From an uncultured Actinomycetes bacterium (lineage in GTDB: Bacteria > Actinomycetota > Thermoleophilia > UBA2241): 64,000 nucleotides of DNA. Every line of letters begins with the position of its first letter. The stretch's first letter is position 1. Location: positions 192,001 through 256,000 of the forward strand of contig CAVYCN010000003.1 in the NCBI GenBank assembly GCA_963767005.1, given 5' to 3'. Under the pieces are notes generated by a model. It made no database searches and was not told the origin of the DNA. It saw only the letters and a program-made list of their open reading frames with translations. The position numbers and the translations under genes are program-made. Below, piece by piece: positions 12,375 to 22,229 of this stretch.

Positions 12375-13647
12375 CGCGACCCTCGATCCTGATCACGCTC
12401 GGCTGGCCGTGAACGGCGGGCAGCGCGGCGATGCGCGCGAGGGCGGCGAAGAAGGCCGCCTCGCGCACCGGGTGCATGACGAGCACGAGCTGGGCGCCGT
12501 CGTCGCCTCCGGTCTGCTGCATCGAGTCGATGCTGACGCCCTCGTCGCCGAACACGCCGGCGATCGTGGCCAGCACGCCGGGCTGGTCGGCCACTCGCAT
12601 GCGCAGGTAGAAGCGCGAGGCCACGTCGGCGCTGGGAAACGGGTCGAGCTGCTTGAAGCAGGTGCAGTTGCGCACGTAGCCGCCGCGTGCCGTGTTGACG
12701 ATCGAGATGACGTCGCCGATCACGGCCGAGGCGGTGGGCGTGCCGCCGGCGCCGGGACCGAGCAGCATGATGCTGCCGAAGCTGTCGGCTTCGAGGAACA
12801 CGGCGTTATAGGCGCCCGACACGCCGGCGAGCGGGTGCTCGAGCGGCACGAAACTGGGGTAGACGCGCACATTCACGCGATCGTCGATCAGGCGCGCCAC
12901 GCCGAGCAGCTTGGGCACGAGACCCAGGCGGCGGCCGTGGCCGACATCGACGTCGGTGACGCCCTCGATGCCCTCGTGCTCGACGTCGCCAAGGACGACC
13001 CGGCTATGGAAGGCGATCGAGGCGAGGATCGCCATCTTGGCGGCAGCGTCCTTGCCGGTCACGTCGTCGCTGGGATCGGCCTCGGCGTAGCCGAGCTCCT
13101 GGGCCCTGGCAAGCGTCGGCCCGTACTCGGCCCCGGTCTGCGCCATGGCTGAGAGGATGTAGTTGGTCGTGCCGTTGACGATGCCCATGACGCCGGTGAC
13201 GCGCGCCGCCGCAAGCGACTCGCGCAGCACCTTGATGACGGGCACGGCGCCGACCGAGCTCGCCTCGAACCGCAGGAACGTGCCGCCGTCCTCGGCCGCC
13301 TGCAGGAGCTCCGCACCGTGCTGCGACAGGAGCTGCTTGTTGGCGGTCACGACCGACTTGCCGGCGGCGAGCGCGGCGAGCTGGATCGTGCGCGCCGGCT
13401 CGATGCCGCCGATCAGCTCGATGACGACGTCGATCGCGGGGTCGGCGATCAGATCGTCGACGTCGGTCGTCGCGCGCACGCCGGCCGGCACGAGCGCGCG
13501 CCGCTCGGCCGAGAGATCGCAGACGGCGCGCAGGCGCACCTCGCGACCCGTGGCCAGGCGGATCTCGTCGGCGCTCTCGACGAGCAGCCGGCCCACACCC
13601 GACCCCACCGTCCCGTATCCAACAAGCCCGATGCCGACCTCGCTCAC
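12364..13647 (-). CDS. hom: Homoserine dehydrogenase with C-terminal ACT domain
   Basis: [27 protein letters not shown]; TAG stop. Confidence 0.95.
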   Translation of the reverse strand: MSEVGIGLVGYGTVGSGVGRLLVESADEIRLATGREVRLRAVCDLSAERRALVPAGVRATTDVDDLIADPAIDVVIELIGGIEPARTIQLAALAAGKSVVTANKQLLSQHGAELLQAAEDGGTFLRFEASSVGAVPVIKVLRESLAAARVTGVMGIVNGTTNYILSAMAQTGAEYGPTLARAQELGYAEADPSDDVTGKDAAAKMAILASIAFHSRVVLGDVEHEGIEGVTDVDVGHGRRLGLVPKLLGVARLIDDRVNVRVYPSFVPLEHPLAGVSGAYNAVFLEADSFGSIMLLGPGAGGTPTASAVIGDVISIVNTARGGYVRNCTCFKQLDPFPSADVASRFYLRMRVADQPGVLATIAGVFGDEGVSIDSMQQTGGDDGAQLVLVMHPVREAAFFAALARIAALPAVHGQPSVIRIEGRDGG

Positions 13648-13729
13648 CGGCGGTCCTTTCGTGTCGGGGTGTCTCGACGCGCCGGCTCAGCCCCGCCGGC
13701 CGGCGCGAGTCGGAGTCTATCGCAGCGTC

Positions 13730-15064
13730 TCACGCGCGGCCCGTCTCGCGCAGTGGCCGCTGCAGGCGCGCCACGTCCTGCCAGGTCTCGCGCTCGACGA
13801 TCACCCGCGCCTTGCCGCCGCCCGCCATGACCACGGCCGGTCGCGGCACCATGTTGTAGTTGTTCGCCATGACGTAGCCGTAGGCGCCGGTGCCAGGCGT
13901 GACCAGCACGTCGCCGACCTCGGGCGGCGCGATCGCCACGTCGCGTACGAGCACGTCGCTCATCTCGCAATGCTTGCCGGCCACGGTCACGACCACGCTC
14001 GCCGGCGTCTCGGCCTTGCCGGCCAGCATGGCCTCGTACTTCGAGTCGTAGAGCATCGGCCGCAGGTTGTCGCTCATGCCACCGTCGATCGCGACGTACG
14101 TGCGCACGCCGGGGATCTCCTTGATCGTGCCGATCGTGTACGCCGTGACCGCCGCCTTGCCGGCGATCGACCGGCCGGGCTCGACCAGCAGGCGTGGCAG
14201 GGGCAGGCCATAGCGTTCAGACGACGCCCGGGCGGCGCCCACCACGGCCTCGGCGAACTCGGCGATCGACGAGGGCCGGTCCTGCTCGGTGTAACGGATG
14301 CCGAGGCCGCCGCCGAAGTTGACCAGGCGACACTCGAAGCCGTGCTCGCGACGCCAGTCGGCGACGGCGGCGAACAGCACCTCGACCTCGCGGCGGTGCG
14401 ACGACAGGTCGAAGATCTGCGAGCCGATGTGGGCGTGCACGCCGACGAGCTCGAGGTCGGCGGCAGCGGCGAGCAGGCGGCGCACCGCCTCGCCGGCAAG
14501 CCCCTCGGACAGACCGAAGCCGAACTTGCTGTCGGCCTGGCCGGTCTGCACGTAGCTGTGCGTCGTCGGTCGGACGCCGGGCGTGAGTCGCACCAGGACT
14601 CGCTGGCGTACGCCACGCCGCCGCGCCGCCGCGGCCAGCAGCTCGATCTCGTGCAGCGAGTCGACGACGAAGAAGCCGATGCCGGCGTCGAGCCCGGCGT
14701 CGATCTCGGCCGGCGACTTGTTGTTGCCGTGGAAGTAGATCCGCTCGGGCGGCACGCCGGCGAGGCGCGCCGTGAAGAGCTCGCCCCCCGAGGCGACGTC
14801 GAGCGACAGGCCCTCTTCGGCGACGAGCTCGCACATGGCGCGACAGCAGAACGCCTTGCTCGCGTACACGATCTCGGTGTCGGCGAGGCGCGAGCGAAAG
14901 GCGTCGACGTAGGCGCGGCACTGGTCGCGCAGCGTCTGCTCGTCGTAGATGAACAGCGGCGTGCCGAAGCGCGCGGCGAGCTCGACCACGTCGCAGCCGC
15001 CGATCTCGAGGTGACCGGCGGCGTTGTGGCGGGAGGTGTGCGGATAGATCAGCGTGTGCGTCAC
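13730..15064 (-). CDS. lysA: Diaminopimelate decarboxylase
   Basis: YASKAF, HIGSQ, EPGRS, GKHCE; leaderless (TAGGAT 6 nt before the GTG). Confidence 0.95.
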   Translation of the reverse strand: MTHTLIYPHTSRHNAAGHLEIGGCDVVELAARFGTPLFIYDEQTLRDQCRAYVDAFRSRLADTEIVYASKAFCCRAMCELVAEEGLSLDVASGGELFTARLAGVPPERIYFHGNNKSPAEIDAGLDAGIGFFVVDSLHEIELLAAAARRRGVRQRVLVRLTPGVRPTTHSYVQTGQADSKFGFGLSEGLAGEAVRRLLAAAADLELVGVHAHIGSQIFDLSSHRREVEVLFAAVADWRREHGFECRLVNFGGGLGIRYTEQDRPSSIAEFAEAVVGAARASSERYGLPLPRLLVEPGRSIAGKAAVTAYTIGTIKEIPGVRTYVAIDGGMSDNLRPMLYDSKYEAMLAGKAETPASVVVTVAGKHCEMSDVLVRDVAIAPPEVGDVLVTPGTGAYGYVMANNYNMVPRPAVVMAGGGKARVIVERETWQDVARLQRPLRETGRA

Positions 15065-15168
15065 GGTCGTATCCTACGCCACACCGGCGCTCGACCGGGT
15101 CGCCGCCACTCAGGCGAGCGTGACTACGGTGCGCGCCTGGTCCGCCGGTCGCCCGCGGCGTCGCGCGG

Positions 15169-15693
15169 CTAGAACTCGATGCCCTCGCGCGCGCCCACGC
15201 CGGCGTCGAAGTAGTGCTTGACGGGGCGCATCTCGGTGACCAGGTCGGCCGCCGCGACGAGCTCGTCGGGCGCGCGGCGGCCGGTCATGACCAGCTCGGT
15301 GCCGGCGGGTCGGTCGGCGAGCAGGGCGAGCACGCCGGCGAGCGGCACGAGCTCGAAGAACAGGGCGGTGCAGAGCTCGTCGAGCACCACCACGTCGTAG
15401 GCGCCGCCGCGGACGAGCTCGCAGGCGCGAGTGAAACCGGCGGCGGCGGCGCGCCGGTCCTCGTCGGGGACCTTGCCCTTGACGACCCAATGATCGAGCC
15501 CGACCTGCTCGATCTCGATCCCGAGGCGGCGGGCAGACACGATCTCGCCCCACGTCGGGTCGGCCTTCATGAACTGCAGGACGAGCACGGCCAGGCCGTG
15601 GCCGGCGGCGCGCATGGCCAGGCCGAACGCGGCGGTCGTCTTGCCCTTGCCGTCGCCCGTGTAGACCTGCACGCGACCGTCACGCTCGCTCAT
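15169..15693 (-). CDS. cobO: Cob(I)yrinic acid a,c-diamide adenosyltransferase (CobO/BtuR type)
   Basis: YTGDGKGKTTAA, QFMK, LDE, TGR, AREGIEF; TAG stop. Confidence 0.92.
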   Translation of the reverse strand: MSERDGRVQVYTGDGKGKTTAAFGLAMRAAGHGLAVLVLQFMKADPTWGEIVSARRLGIEIEQVGLDHWVVKGKVPDEDRRAAAAGFTRACELVRGGAYDVVVLDELCTALFFELVPLAGVLALLADRPAGTELVMTGRRAPDELVAAADLVTEMRPVKHYFDAGVGAREGIEF

Positions 15694-15769
15694 CGGCCCT
15701 CCCGCGCCGGCTTGGCCGGCCGCGCCGCCGTCGCCCGCGGCGGCGGTTCGTTCGATCGACTCGCCGCCC

Positions 15770-16618
15770 TCAGTATGTGAAGAAGCCCTCGCCGCTCTTG
15801 CGGCCCAGCTTGCCGGCGGCGACGAGCTCGCCGAGCAGCGGGCAGGGGCGGTACTTGTCGTCGCCGAGGTCGCGCTCGAGCGTCTCGAGGATCGCCTTGG
15901 TGGTGTCGAGCCCGACGAGGTCGGCCAGGGCGAGCGGGCCCATCGGGAAGTTGGCGCCGAGTTTGAGCCCGGTGTCGATGTCGGCGGCGCTCGCGACGCC
16001 CTGGGCGAAGGCGTAAGCCGCCTCGTTGATCATCGGGAAGAGGATGCGGTTGACGACGAACCCGGGCGAGTCGACCACGGTGATCGGTGTCTTGCCGAGC
16101 GTCTCGCAGAAGGCGCGCGCCGCGGCGACCGTGTCGTCGGCGGTGGCGGTGCCGCGCACGACCTCGACGAGCGCCATGGCCGGCACGGGGTTGAAGAAGT
16201 GGATGCCGCAGAAGCGCTCGGGGCCGGCGACGAAGGCGGCCAGCGTGCTCACCGACAGGCTCGACGTGTTCGTGGCGATCAGCGCGTCGGGCCGCAGGGC
16301 CGCGGCGGCCCGCTCGAGTAACGGACGCTTGATGTCGACCGTCTCGGGCGCGGCCTCGATGAACAGGTCGGCGTCGGCGCCGGCCGTCACGTCGAGGCCG
16401 GTGGTGATGCGGGCCAGCGCGGCGTCGCGCTCGGCGGCGTCGAGACGACCCTTCTCGACCGCGCGCCCCAGGCGCTGCTCGATCCCGGCCATGCCCTTGG
16501 CGATGAACTCGTCGGCCACGTCGATCATGGTCGCCCGCAGGCCGGCCTGCGCCGCGACCTGGACGATGCCGGCGCCCATCTGCCCGGCCCCGGCGACCAG
16601 CACGCTTTGAACCTTCAC
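15770..16618 (-). CDS. 3-hydroxybutyryl-CoA (3-hydroxyacyl-CoA) dehydrogenase
   Basis: GAGQMGAGI, TNTSS, HFFNP, PMGPL. Confidence 0.92.
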   Translation of the reverse strand: MKVQSVLVAGAGQMGAGIVQVAAQAGLRATMIDVADEFIAKGMAGIEQRLGRAVEKGRLDAAERDAALARITTGLDVTAGADADLFIEAAPETVDIKRPLLERAAAALRPDALIATNTSSLSVSTLAAFVAGPERFCGIHFFNPVPAMALVEVVRGTATADDTVAAARAFCETLGKTPITVVDSPGFVVNRILFPMINEAAYAFAQGVASAADIDTGLKLGANFPMGPLALADLVGLDTTKAILETLERDLGDDKYRPCPLLGELVAAGKLGRKSGEGFFTY

Positions 16619-16981
16619 GATCGCTCCTTCGTACGATGACGGCGCCGCCTGCCCGTGGCTGCCGTCCGTCCGCGCTCACACGAGAGCTGCAGACGAAAAG
16701 CGCCGTGCGACCGGCGGCAAGGCCCTATGCTACCAAAGGGGGGACCCCGGTGAGGCACGCCGGCGATCGACTGCGCGTGGCTCCCGCGCAGGCGTGCGTG
16801 ACTTACGTGCCGCGCCTGGTCGTTTCAGTCCTGGGCAGAACCGACCGACAACTACTCCGACATGGATAGTCGGCGGTTGGTGGGGCGAGCGGGCAGGACC
16901 GACAAAGATGGGTCACGACCATAGCGAGAGCCTGACGACGGCGCGGAGCGGCGCCGGCGCGCCGTCGCCGCGCGCGGCGCG

Positions 16982-18634
16982 ATGATGGACTGCAAGTTCC
17001 TCGACTCCTACGAAGCCGACCTCGACGGCGACACGATCGATGTCTGGTACTGCCGCAAGCGCGACCCGTTCGTCCTGGGCCCCACGCGCGAGGTCGCGCT
17101 GCGCACCTGCTCGGGCTGCCGCCTGTCCGACCACACGCGACCGCCGAGCGAGCTCGCCAACGAGGTCGAGCGGCGCAACCAGGAGCTCGTCGCCCTGAAC
17201 GCGATCGTGGCGGCCGTGAACTCGTCGCTCGACCTCTCCACGGTGCTCAACACCGGGCTCGACAAGGCCATCGAGATCCTCCAGGTCGACGCGGGCTGGA
17301 TCGCCCCGGCGGGCGACGAGGCGGTGCGACTCACGGTCCACCGCGGCGTATCCGACGACTACGCTCAGACGATCGCGCGGCTGAACGCGCAGGAGGGCAT
17401 CGTCGGCATCGTGGCGCGCGAGCAGCAGACGACCGTCGTCGAGGACGTGGGCGCCAACGGCACGCTCCCGTTCGCCTCGGCCGAGGGTCTGCGCACGATC
17501 CTGGCCACGCCACTCAAGGCGCAGGGCAGGCTGCTCGGCGTGATGGCCGTCGCCACGCGAGCCGCACGCTCCTACTCGGCCGACGACGTCTACTTCGCGA
17601 GCGCCGCCGGCGCGCAGCTTGCCTCGGCGATCGAGCACGCGCTGCTGTTCGCCGAGCAGCTTGAGCGCGTCGAACGCGAGCGTCGCTTGCTCAAGGCGGT
17701 CGAGAAGGTCAACCGCAGCCTGGGCGCGCACTCCGCCTCGGCGACGGTCGTCGCCGAGGCGGCCCACCTCATGAACGCCGACAAGGCGGCGCTGCTCGTC
17801 CTGCGCGGCGACCTGCTCGTCGTCGAAGACGTCCACAACCTGAGCGACGAGTTCCGACGACGCTGCGTGCTGTCACTCCACGAGTCCCCGGAGGGCCTCG
17901 CGATCCGTGAGGGCGAGCCGGTGGCCGTCGACGACATCGAGGGCCAGCCGCTCGTGAACGTCCCGGTCTGCGCGGTAGGCGGCTTTCGCTCGTTCATCAC
18001 CGCGCCCCTGCAGTCGCACGAAGCCGTCTACGGATCGCTGTCGGTGTACTTCGACCGTCCTCACCGGTTCTCCGACGACGCCAAGACGATCCTCGCCACG
18101 TTCGCCAGCCAGGCGGCGGTCGCCCTCGAAAACCAGCGGCTCATGCGCGAGAAGGACATCATGGCTCGCACCGACGGCCTCACGGGGATCTACAACCGCA
18201 GCTACCTCGAGCTGGCGCTCGACCAGGCCATGCGCTCCCTGCACCGGAACGGCGGCCTCGTCAGCCTTCTGTTCGTCGACGTCGACCACCTGAAGCACGT
18301 GAACGACGAACGCGGGCACATGGCGGGCGACCGCATGCTGCGCGACCTGGCGACGCTCCTCGCCGAGAGCTGTCGCGAGACCGACACGGTGGCGCGGTAC
18401 GGCGGCGACGAGTTCGTGGTGCTCATGCCCGAGACCGACGCAAACGGCGCCCATCAGGTGCTCGCCAAGATCGACGCGGCCATCGAGCGACACAACAACG
18501 CGCAGGGCGACGGCCTGCCCCTGCGCGCCAGCATGGGCCTGCAGACTTCGGGCTGGACCGACCCCGAGGAGCTCCTGCTCGCGGCCGACCGCAGCATGTA
18601 CGCCATGAAGCGGCAGCGGGCGGCGGCCAGCTGA
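16982..18634 (+). CDS. Diguanylate cyclase, GAF-GAF-GGDEF
   Basis: DGLTGIYNR, DVDHLKHVND, RETD I-site, intact RYGGDEF. Confidence 0.9.
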   Translation: MMDCKFLDSYEADLDGDTIDVWYCRKRDPFVLGPTREVALRTCSGCRLSDHTRPPSELANEVERRNQELVALNAIVAAVNSSLDLSTVLNTGLDKAIEILQVDAGWIAPAGDEAVRLTVHRGVSDDYAQTIARLNAQEGIVGIVAREQQTTVVEDVGANGTLPFASAEGLRTILATPLKAQGRLLGVMAVATRAARSYSADDVYFASAAGAQLASAIEHALLFAEQLERVERERRLLKAVEKVNRSLGAHSASATVVAEAAHLMNADKAALLVLRGDLLVVEDVHNLSDEFRRRCVLSLHESPEGLAIREGEPVAVDDIEGQPLVNVPVCAVGGFRSFITAPLQSHEAVYGSLSVYFDRPHRFSDDAKTILATFASQAAVALENQRLMREKDIMARTDGLTGIYNRSYLELALDQAMRSLHRNGGLVSLLFVDVDHLKHVNDERGHMAGDRMLRDLATLLAESCRETDTVARYGGDEFVVLMPETDANGAHQVLAKIDAAIERHNNAQGDGLPLRASMGLQTSGWTDPEELLLAADRSMYAMKRQRAAAS

Positions 18635-18665
18635 CGGTCGCCGCGACCCGCTTCCGCGCGGTACC

Positions 18666-19367
18666 ATGGGAAGCGACGTGATCGATCTGCCGGGAAACGA
18701 CGGGCAGCCGCCCAAGATCATCGCCTGCGAGACGCTGCGCGACGAGGTCACGCGCGTGGCCGGCGACCTCGAGGTCGAGTACCTCGAGGGCCGCCTGCAC
18801 GACCACCCCGATCGTCTCCGCGACCTGCTCAACGAACGCATCGCGGCGACCCCGGGGGCGCGCACCATCCTGCTCGCCTACGGGCGCTGCTCCAACGGCA
18901 CGGCCGGCCTCGAAGCCGGACCCCACCGCCTGGTGCTGCCGGCGGTCGACGACTGCATCGCCATCCTGCTCGGCTCGCGCGACGAGTACCTGCGCCAGTT
19001 CAACGGCTGCCCCGGCACCTACTACTACACGCGCGGCTGGATCGAGTACATCCAGGACCCCTATCACGAGTACCTCGAGATGATCCCCAGGTACGGCGAG
19101 CAGAAGGCCCGCGAGATCGCCCACCTCATCCTGGGCAACTACCGGCGCGTCGCGCTCGTCGACACGGGCACCTACGACCCCGACGAGTATCGCGACTACC
19201 TGCGCACGGTCTGCGAGTTCTACGATCTGCCGCTCGAGGTGCTGCCCGGCTCGCTGCGCCTGCTCGAGAAGCTCGTCCACGACGGCCCGCACGACGGTGA
19301 GTTCATCACGGTCGACCCCGGCGGGACCCTCGACGAGCCTCTCTTCTGGCGATCGGCCGAGGGGTAG
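18666..19367 (+). CDS. DUF1638 domain protein (associated with corrinoid methyltransferase systems)
   Basis: IIAC, LHDHP, YGRCSNG, DDCIAILLG, TYYYTRGW; TAG stop. Confidence 0.8.
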   Translation: MGSDVIDLPGNDGQPPKIIACETLRDEVTRVAGDLEVEYLEGRLHDHPDRLRDLLNERIAATPGARTILLAYGRCSNGTAGLEAGPHRLVLPAVDDCIAILLGSRDEYLRQFNGCPGTYYYTRGWIEYIQDPYHEYLEMIPRYGEQKAREIAHLILGNYRRVALVDTGTYDPDEYRDYLRTVCEFYDLPLEVLPGSLRLLEKLVHDGPHDGEFITVDPGGTLDEPLFWRSAEG

Positions 19368-19370
19368 AGC

Positions 19371-20183
19371 GTGCGCGTCGGCGTCGTACAGAGCATGAAC
19401 GCGCCGCCCGACCTGACCGAGTCGCTGCGCGCCGGACTCACGCGGCTGCAGGACGCCAAGGACGCCGGCGTCGACCTCGTCGTGTTTCCCGAGCTCTTCC
19501 TGGGCGGCTACTACCTCGACCAGGCCATGGTGGGTCGCGCCGGCAAGGCGCGGGCCGCGCTGGCCCGCCTGCAGGCGGCGGTCGACACGCTCGAGGTCTC
19601 CTGTGTCGTCGGCCTGCCCGACCTGCGCGACGGCGTGCTCTACAACGCGGTCGCCATCCTGCGCCCCGGGCAGGAGCCCGGCCGCTACGCCAAGACGCAC
19701 CTCTTCCGCGCCGAGAAAGAGCTCTTCACTCCGGGCGCGCGGTTCTGGACGGGCGAGATCGCCGGCTGGCCGTGCGGCGTGCTCGTCTGCTACGAGGTCG
19801 CGTTCCCCGAGGTCGCCCGCGCCCTCGCCCTCGCGGGCGCCCGGCTGTTGATCGTGACCGCGGCCTTCGGCCGCCCGCGCCTGCGCATCTGGCAGATCGC
19901 CACCATCTCGCGGGCGCTCGAGAACGGCTGCTACCTCGTGGCCGCCGGCCACGCCGGCCAGAGCGGACCGATCCAGTTCGCCGGCCACAGCCGGATCGTC
20001 GACCCGGCCGGCGAGCTGCTCGCCGACGCCGGCGAGCGCGCCGAGATGCTGACCGCCGAGCTGCGGCCGCGCCTGGTCGACGAGGCGCGCGCCGGCCGCG
20101 CCGACACACACGCCTGTCTGAGCGACCGCCGTCCCGAGCTGTACAGCGCCCTCAGCCGCGCGCCCGAGGCGCCGCGCCGCTAG
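19371..20183 (+). CDS. Carbon-nitrogen hydrolase (nitrilase superfamily)
   Basis: FPE, YAKTHL and VCYE give the E-K-C triad; RALENG; TAG stop. Confidence 0.9.
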   Translation: MRVGVVQSMNAPPDLTESLRAGLTRLQDAKDAGVDLVVFPELFLGGYYLDQAMVGRAGKARAALARLQAAVDTLEVSCVVGLPDLRDGVLYNAVAILRPGQEPGRYAKTHLFRAEKELFTPGARFWTGEIAGWPCGVLVCYEVAFPEVARALALAGARLLIVTAAFGRPRLRIWQIATISRALENGCYLVAAGHAGQSGPIQFAGHSRIVDPAGELLADAGERAEMLTAELRPRLVDEARAGRADTHACLSDRRPELYSALSRAPEAPRR

Positions 20184-20233
20184 GCCGCCGGCCGGCCTCG
20201 TCGGCGCTCGGGCAGACGCACTCCGTCGCGCGG

Positions 20234-20917
20234 CTACTTCTCTTTGCGCCGGCGCGGCGTCGCGCCGCCCTTGCTCCCGGCGCCCTTGGCACCGGCGCCC
20301 TTGCTCCCAGCGCCCTTGGCACCGCCGCCCTTGCTGGCGGCGCCCCCGGCGCGCCCGCGGCTCCTGCTCGTCGAAGCCTTCTCCGATGCCGACCTCGATC
20401 TCGCCCTCGGGGGAGTATTTCGAGCCTGAGTCTCATGCTCGCCTTGAGCCTGAGTACCGGTCTCGGAAGGTTCCTCGCCGGCCGATCCGGCGTCACTCGC
20501 CGACGGCGCGGTCGCGGGTTTCTGCTCGGGCGACCGTGCGGCGGCCTCGGGGCGCGCCTCTGGGGTGGGCTCGCGCGGCGCGGACGGGCCCGGCTCGGCG
20601 CTCGCCCGCGCGAAGTTCAGCTGCATCTGGGCGAGCGTCGAGCGCAGGCTCGACGCCTCGGGATCGCCCTCGGCCTCGACCACCTCGATCAGGCGGCGCA
20701 GCGATTCGATGGCCACGCGCGCATCGCGCAGATCGCGCAGCTCCCGGGTCTGCTCGGTGAGCCCGAGCTTCTCGTAGCCCACGGTGACGAGGGTCACCAT
20801 CATGTCGCGCACGAGGTCGACCACGTGCAACTGCTTGAGCTGCTCGCGGTACAGGTCGGCGCGCTCCTGGTCGGTCAGCGGCCGCTCCTCGCGAGTGTCG
20901 CTTGCGTCGTCGGTCAC
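20234..20917 (-). CDS. Hypothetical protein, DUF1844-like N-terminus with basic low-complexity tail
   Basis: GTG after GGAGGT SD; LRDARVAIESL...LAQMQLNF helix; K/G/A-rich C-terminus; TAG stop. Confidence 0.65.
   Translation of the reverse strand: MTDDASDTREERPLTDQERADLYREQLKQLHVVDLVRDMMVTLVTVGYEKLGLTEQTRELRDLRDARVAIESLRRLIEVVEAEGDPEASSLRSTLAQMQLNFARASAEPGPSAPREPTPEARPEAAARSPEQKPATAPSASDAGSAGEEPSETGTQAQGEHETQARNTPPRARSRSASEKASTSRSRGRAGGAASKGGGAKGAGSKGAGAKGAGSKGGATPRRRKEK
20268..20342. repeat. Five imperfect 15-bp tandem repeats encoding KG(A/G)G(A/S)
   Basis: cccttg-N9 units, e.g. cccttgctcccggcg and cccttggcaccggcg. Confidence 0.85.
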
Positions 20918-20921
20918 GTCG

Positions 20922-22100
20922 TCACCTCCGCTCGTTGCCGTCGAGGATCGCGCCGGCGCGCGCGACCGCGTCGGCGTGCACCTCATGGACTGTGCGCCCG
21001 GCGGCGAGCTCGCGGACCTGTCGCTGGGCGCCGTTTCCTGTGGACAGCAGCCGCTCGGCGTCGTCGAGGTACGGCGCGAGGCCGAGCGCATCGCCGGCCG
21101 GCCGCACCCATTCGATCAGGCCGCGCAGCGCCTCGGGAGCCGCCACCTCGACGCCCCGGTCCCAGTCGACGAGGCGGCCGTCGAGACCGTGCCGGATGGC
21201 ACGCCAGAGGTTCTCTTCGATCCAGCGCGTCTCGAGCACCGGCAGCGGCCGACCCTCATCGAGCATCGTGGCCAGCGTGGCCACGAGGCCCAGGGCGAGC
21301 GCATGCACGGCGAGCGTCTGCCAGACCTCGGTCTGCACGTCGCAGATGCGCACCTCGACCGTACCGTAGGAGTGGTGCGCACGCACGCTCCACCACACTT
21401 GCGTGAACTCCTGGATACAGTCGGTGGCAAACAGCAGCTCGAAGTAGCGCCGCTGCGTGGCCCACGAGCCGAAGATGTCGGGCACGCCACAGCGCGGGAA
21501 CATGCGCACGAAGGTCTGCGTGCGGGCCGAGTGCAGGTGGCTCCACACGCCCTCGACACACGGCGAGTTGGCCGACAGGGCGAGCAGATGGGGCAGGTAG
21601 GCCCGCATCGCGTCGCAGACACGCACGGCGCGCTCGATGCCGCGCACACCGACGTGGATGTGCTGGCTCCACGTGTTGTTGCGCCAGGCCACGTACTTGA
21701 GCTTGTCCTCGACCGCGCGGTAGTGCGGCGTGTCGATGATGCGCTGGTCCTGCCAGGGCGAGAAGGCGTGCGTGCCGGTCGCGCCGAGCATGAAGCCCTG
21801 CCCGCGCGCGTGGCCGAACAGGGCGAGGCGGCGCGCGACGATGTCGCGCGCCGCTTCGGCGAACGACTCGCAGCGCGGCGTCGCGATCTCGATCTCGCTC
21901 GAGATCAGCTCGCCGAGGATGCGCTCGCGCAGGCCGGGAGGGGCGCTGTCGCGCAGCAGCTCGAAGCCGGCGGTAAGACCGAGGGTGCCGGGGTCGAGGA
22001 TCTGATACTCCTCCTCGAGCCCGATCGTGTAGTCGGTCGACGCGGCGAAGATCTCCTCGACCCGGTCGAGGTAGGCGTGGGTGTCGTTGTCGGGGGCCAC
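20922..22100 (-). CDS. Glutamate--cysteine ligase family 2 / YbdK carboxylate-amine ligase
   Basis: TIGLEEEYQILD, HIHVG, LALSANSP, GTVEVRICD; TATACT -10 just upstream of the GTG. Confidence 0.9.
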   Translation of the reverse strand: MAPDNDTHAYLDRVEEIFAASTDYTIGLEEEYQILDPGTLGLTAGFELLRDSAPPGLRERILGELISSEIEIATPRCESFAEAARDIVARRLALFGHARGQGFMLGATGTHAFSPWQDQRIIDTPHYRAVEDKLKYVAWRNNTWSQHIHVGVRGIERAVRVCDAMRAYLPHLLALSANSPCVEGVWSHLHSARTQTFVRMFPRCGVPDIFGSWATQRRYFELLFATDCIQEFTQVWWSVRAHHSYGTVEVRICDVQTEVWQTLAVHALALGLVATLATMLDEGRPLPVLETRWIEENLWRAIRHGLDGRLVDWDRGVEVAAPEALRGLIEWVRPAGDALGLAPYLDDAERLLSTGNGAQRQVRELAAGRTVHEVHADAVARAGAILDGNERR

Positions 22101-22127
22101 TGCCGGCCTAGTATACCCGTGCCCAAC

Positions 22128-22181
22128 GTGAGGGCGGGGGCGGGCGGCGCGCACGTGCGCGCCGCCCGCCCCCGCCCTCAC
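22128..22181. repeat. Perfect 54-bp palindrome (possible terminator after the corrinoid gene)
   Basis: gtgagggcgggggcgggcggcgcgcac followed directly by its exact reverse complement. Confidence 0.9.
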
Positions 22182-22229
22182 CGGGTCCGTCGCTGTGGGC
22201 GACGAAAAGCGGGTGAGCCGGCTGTCGGC

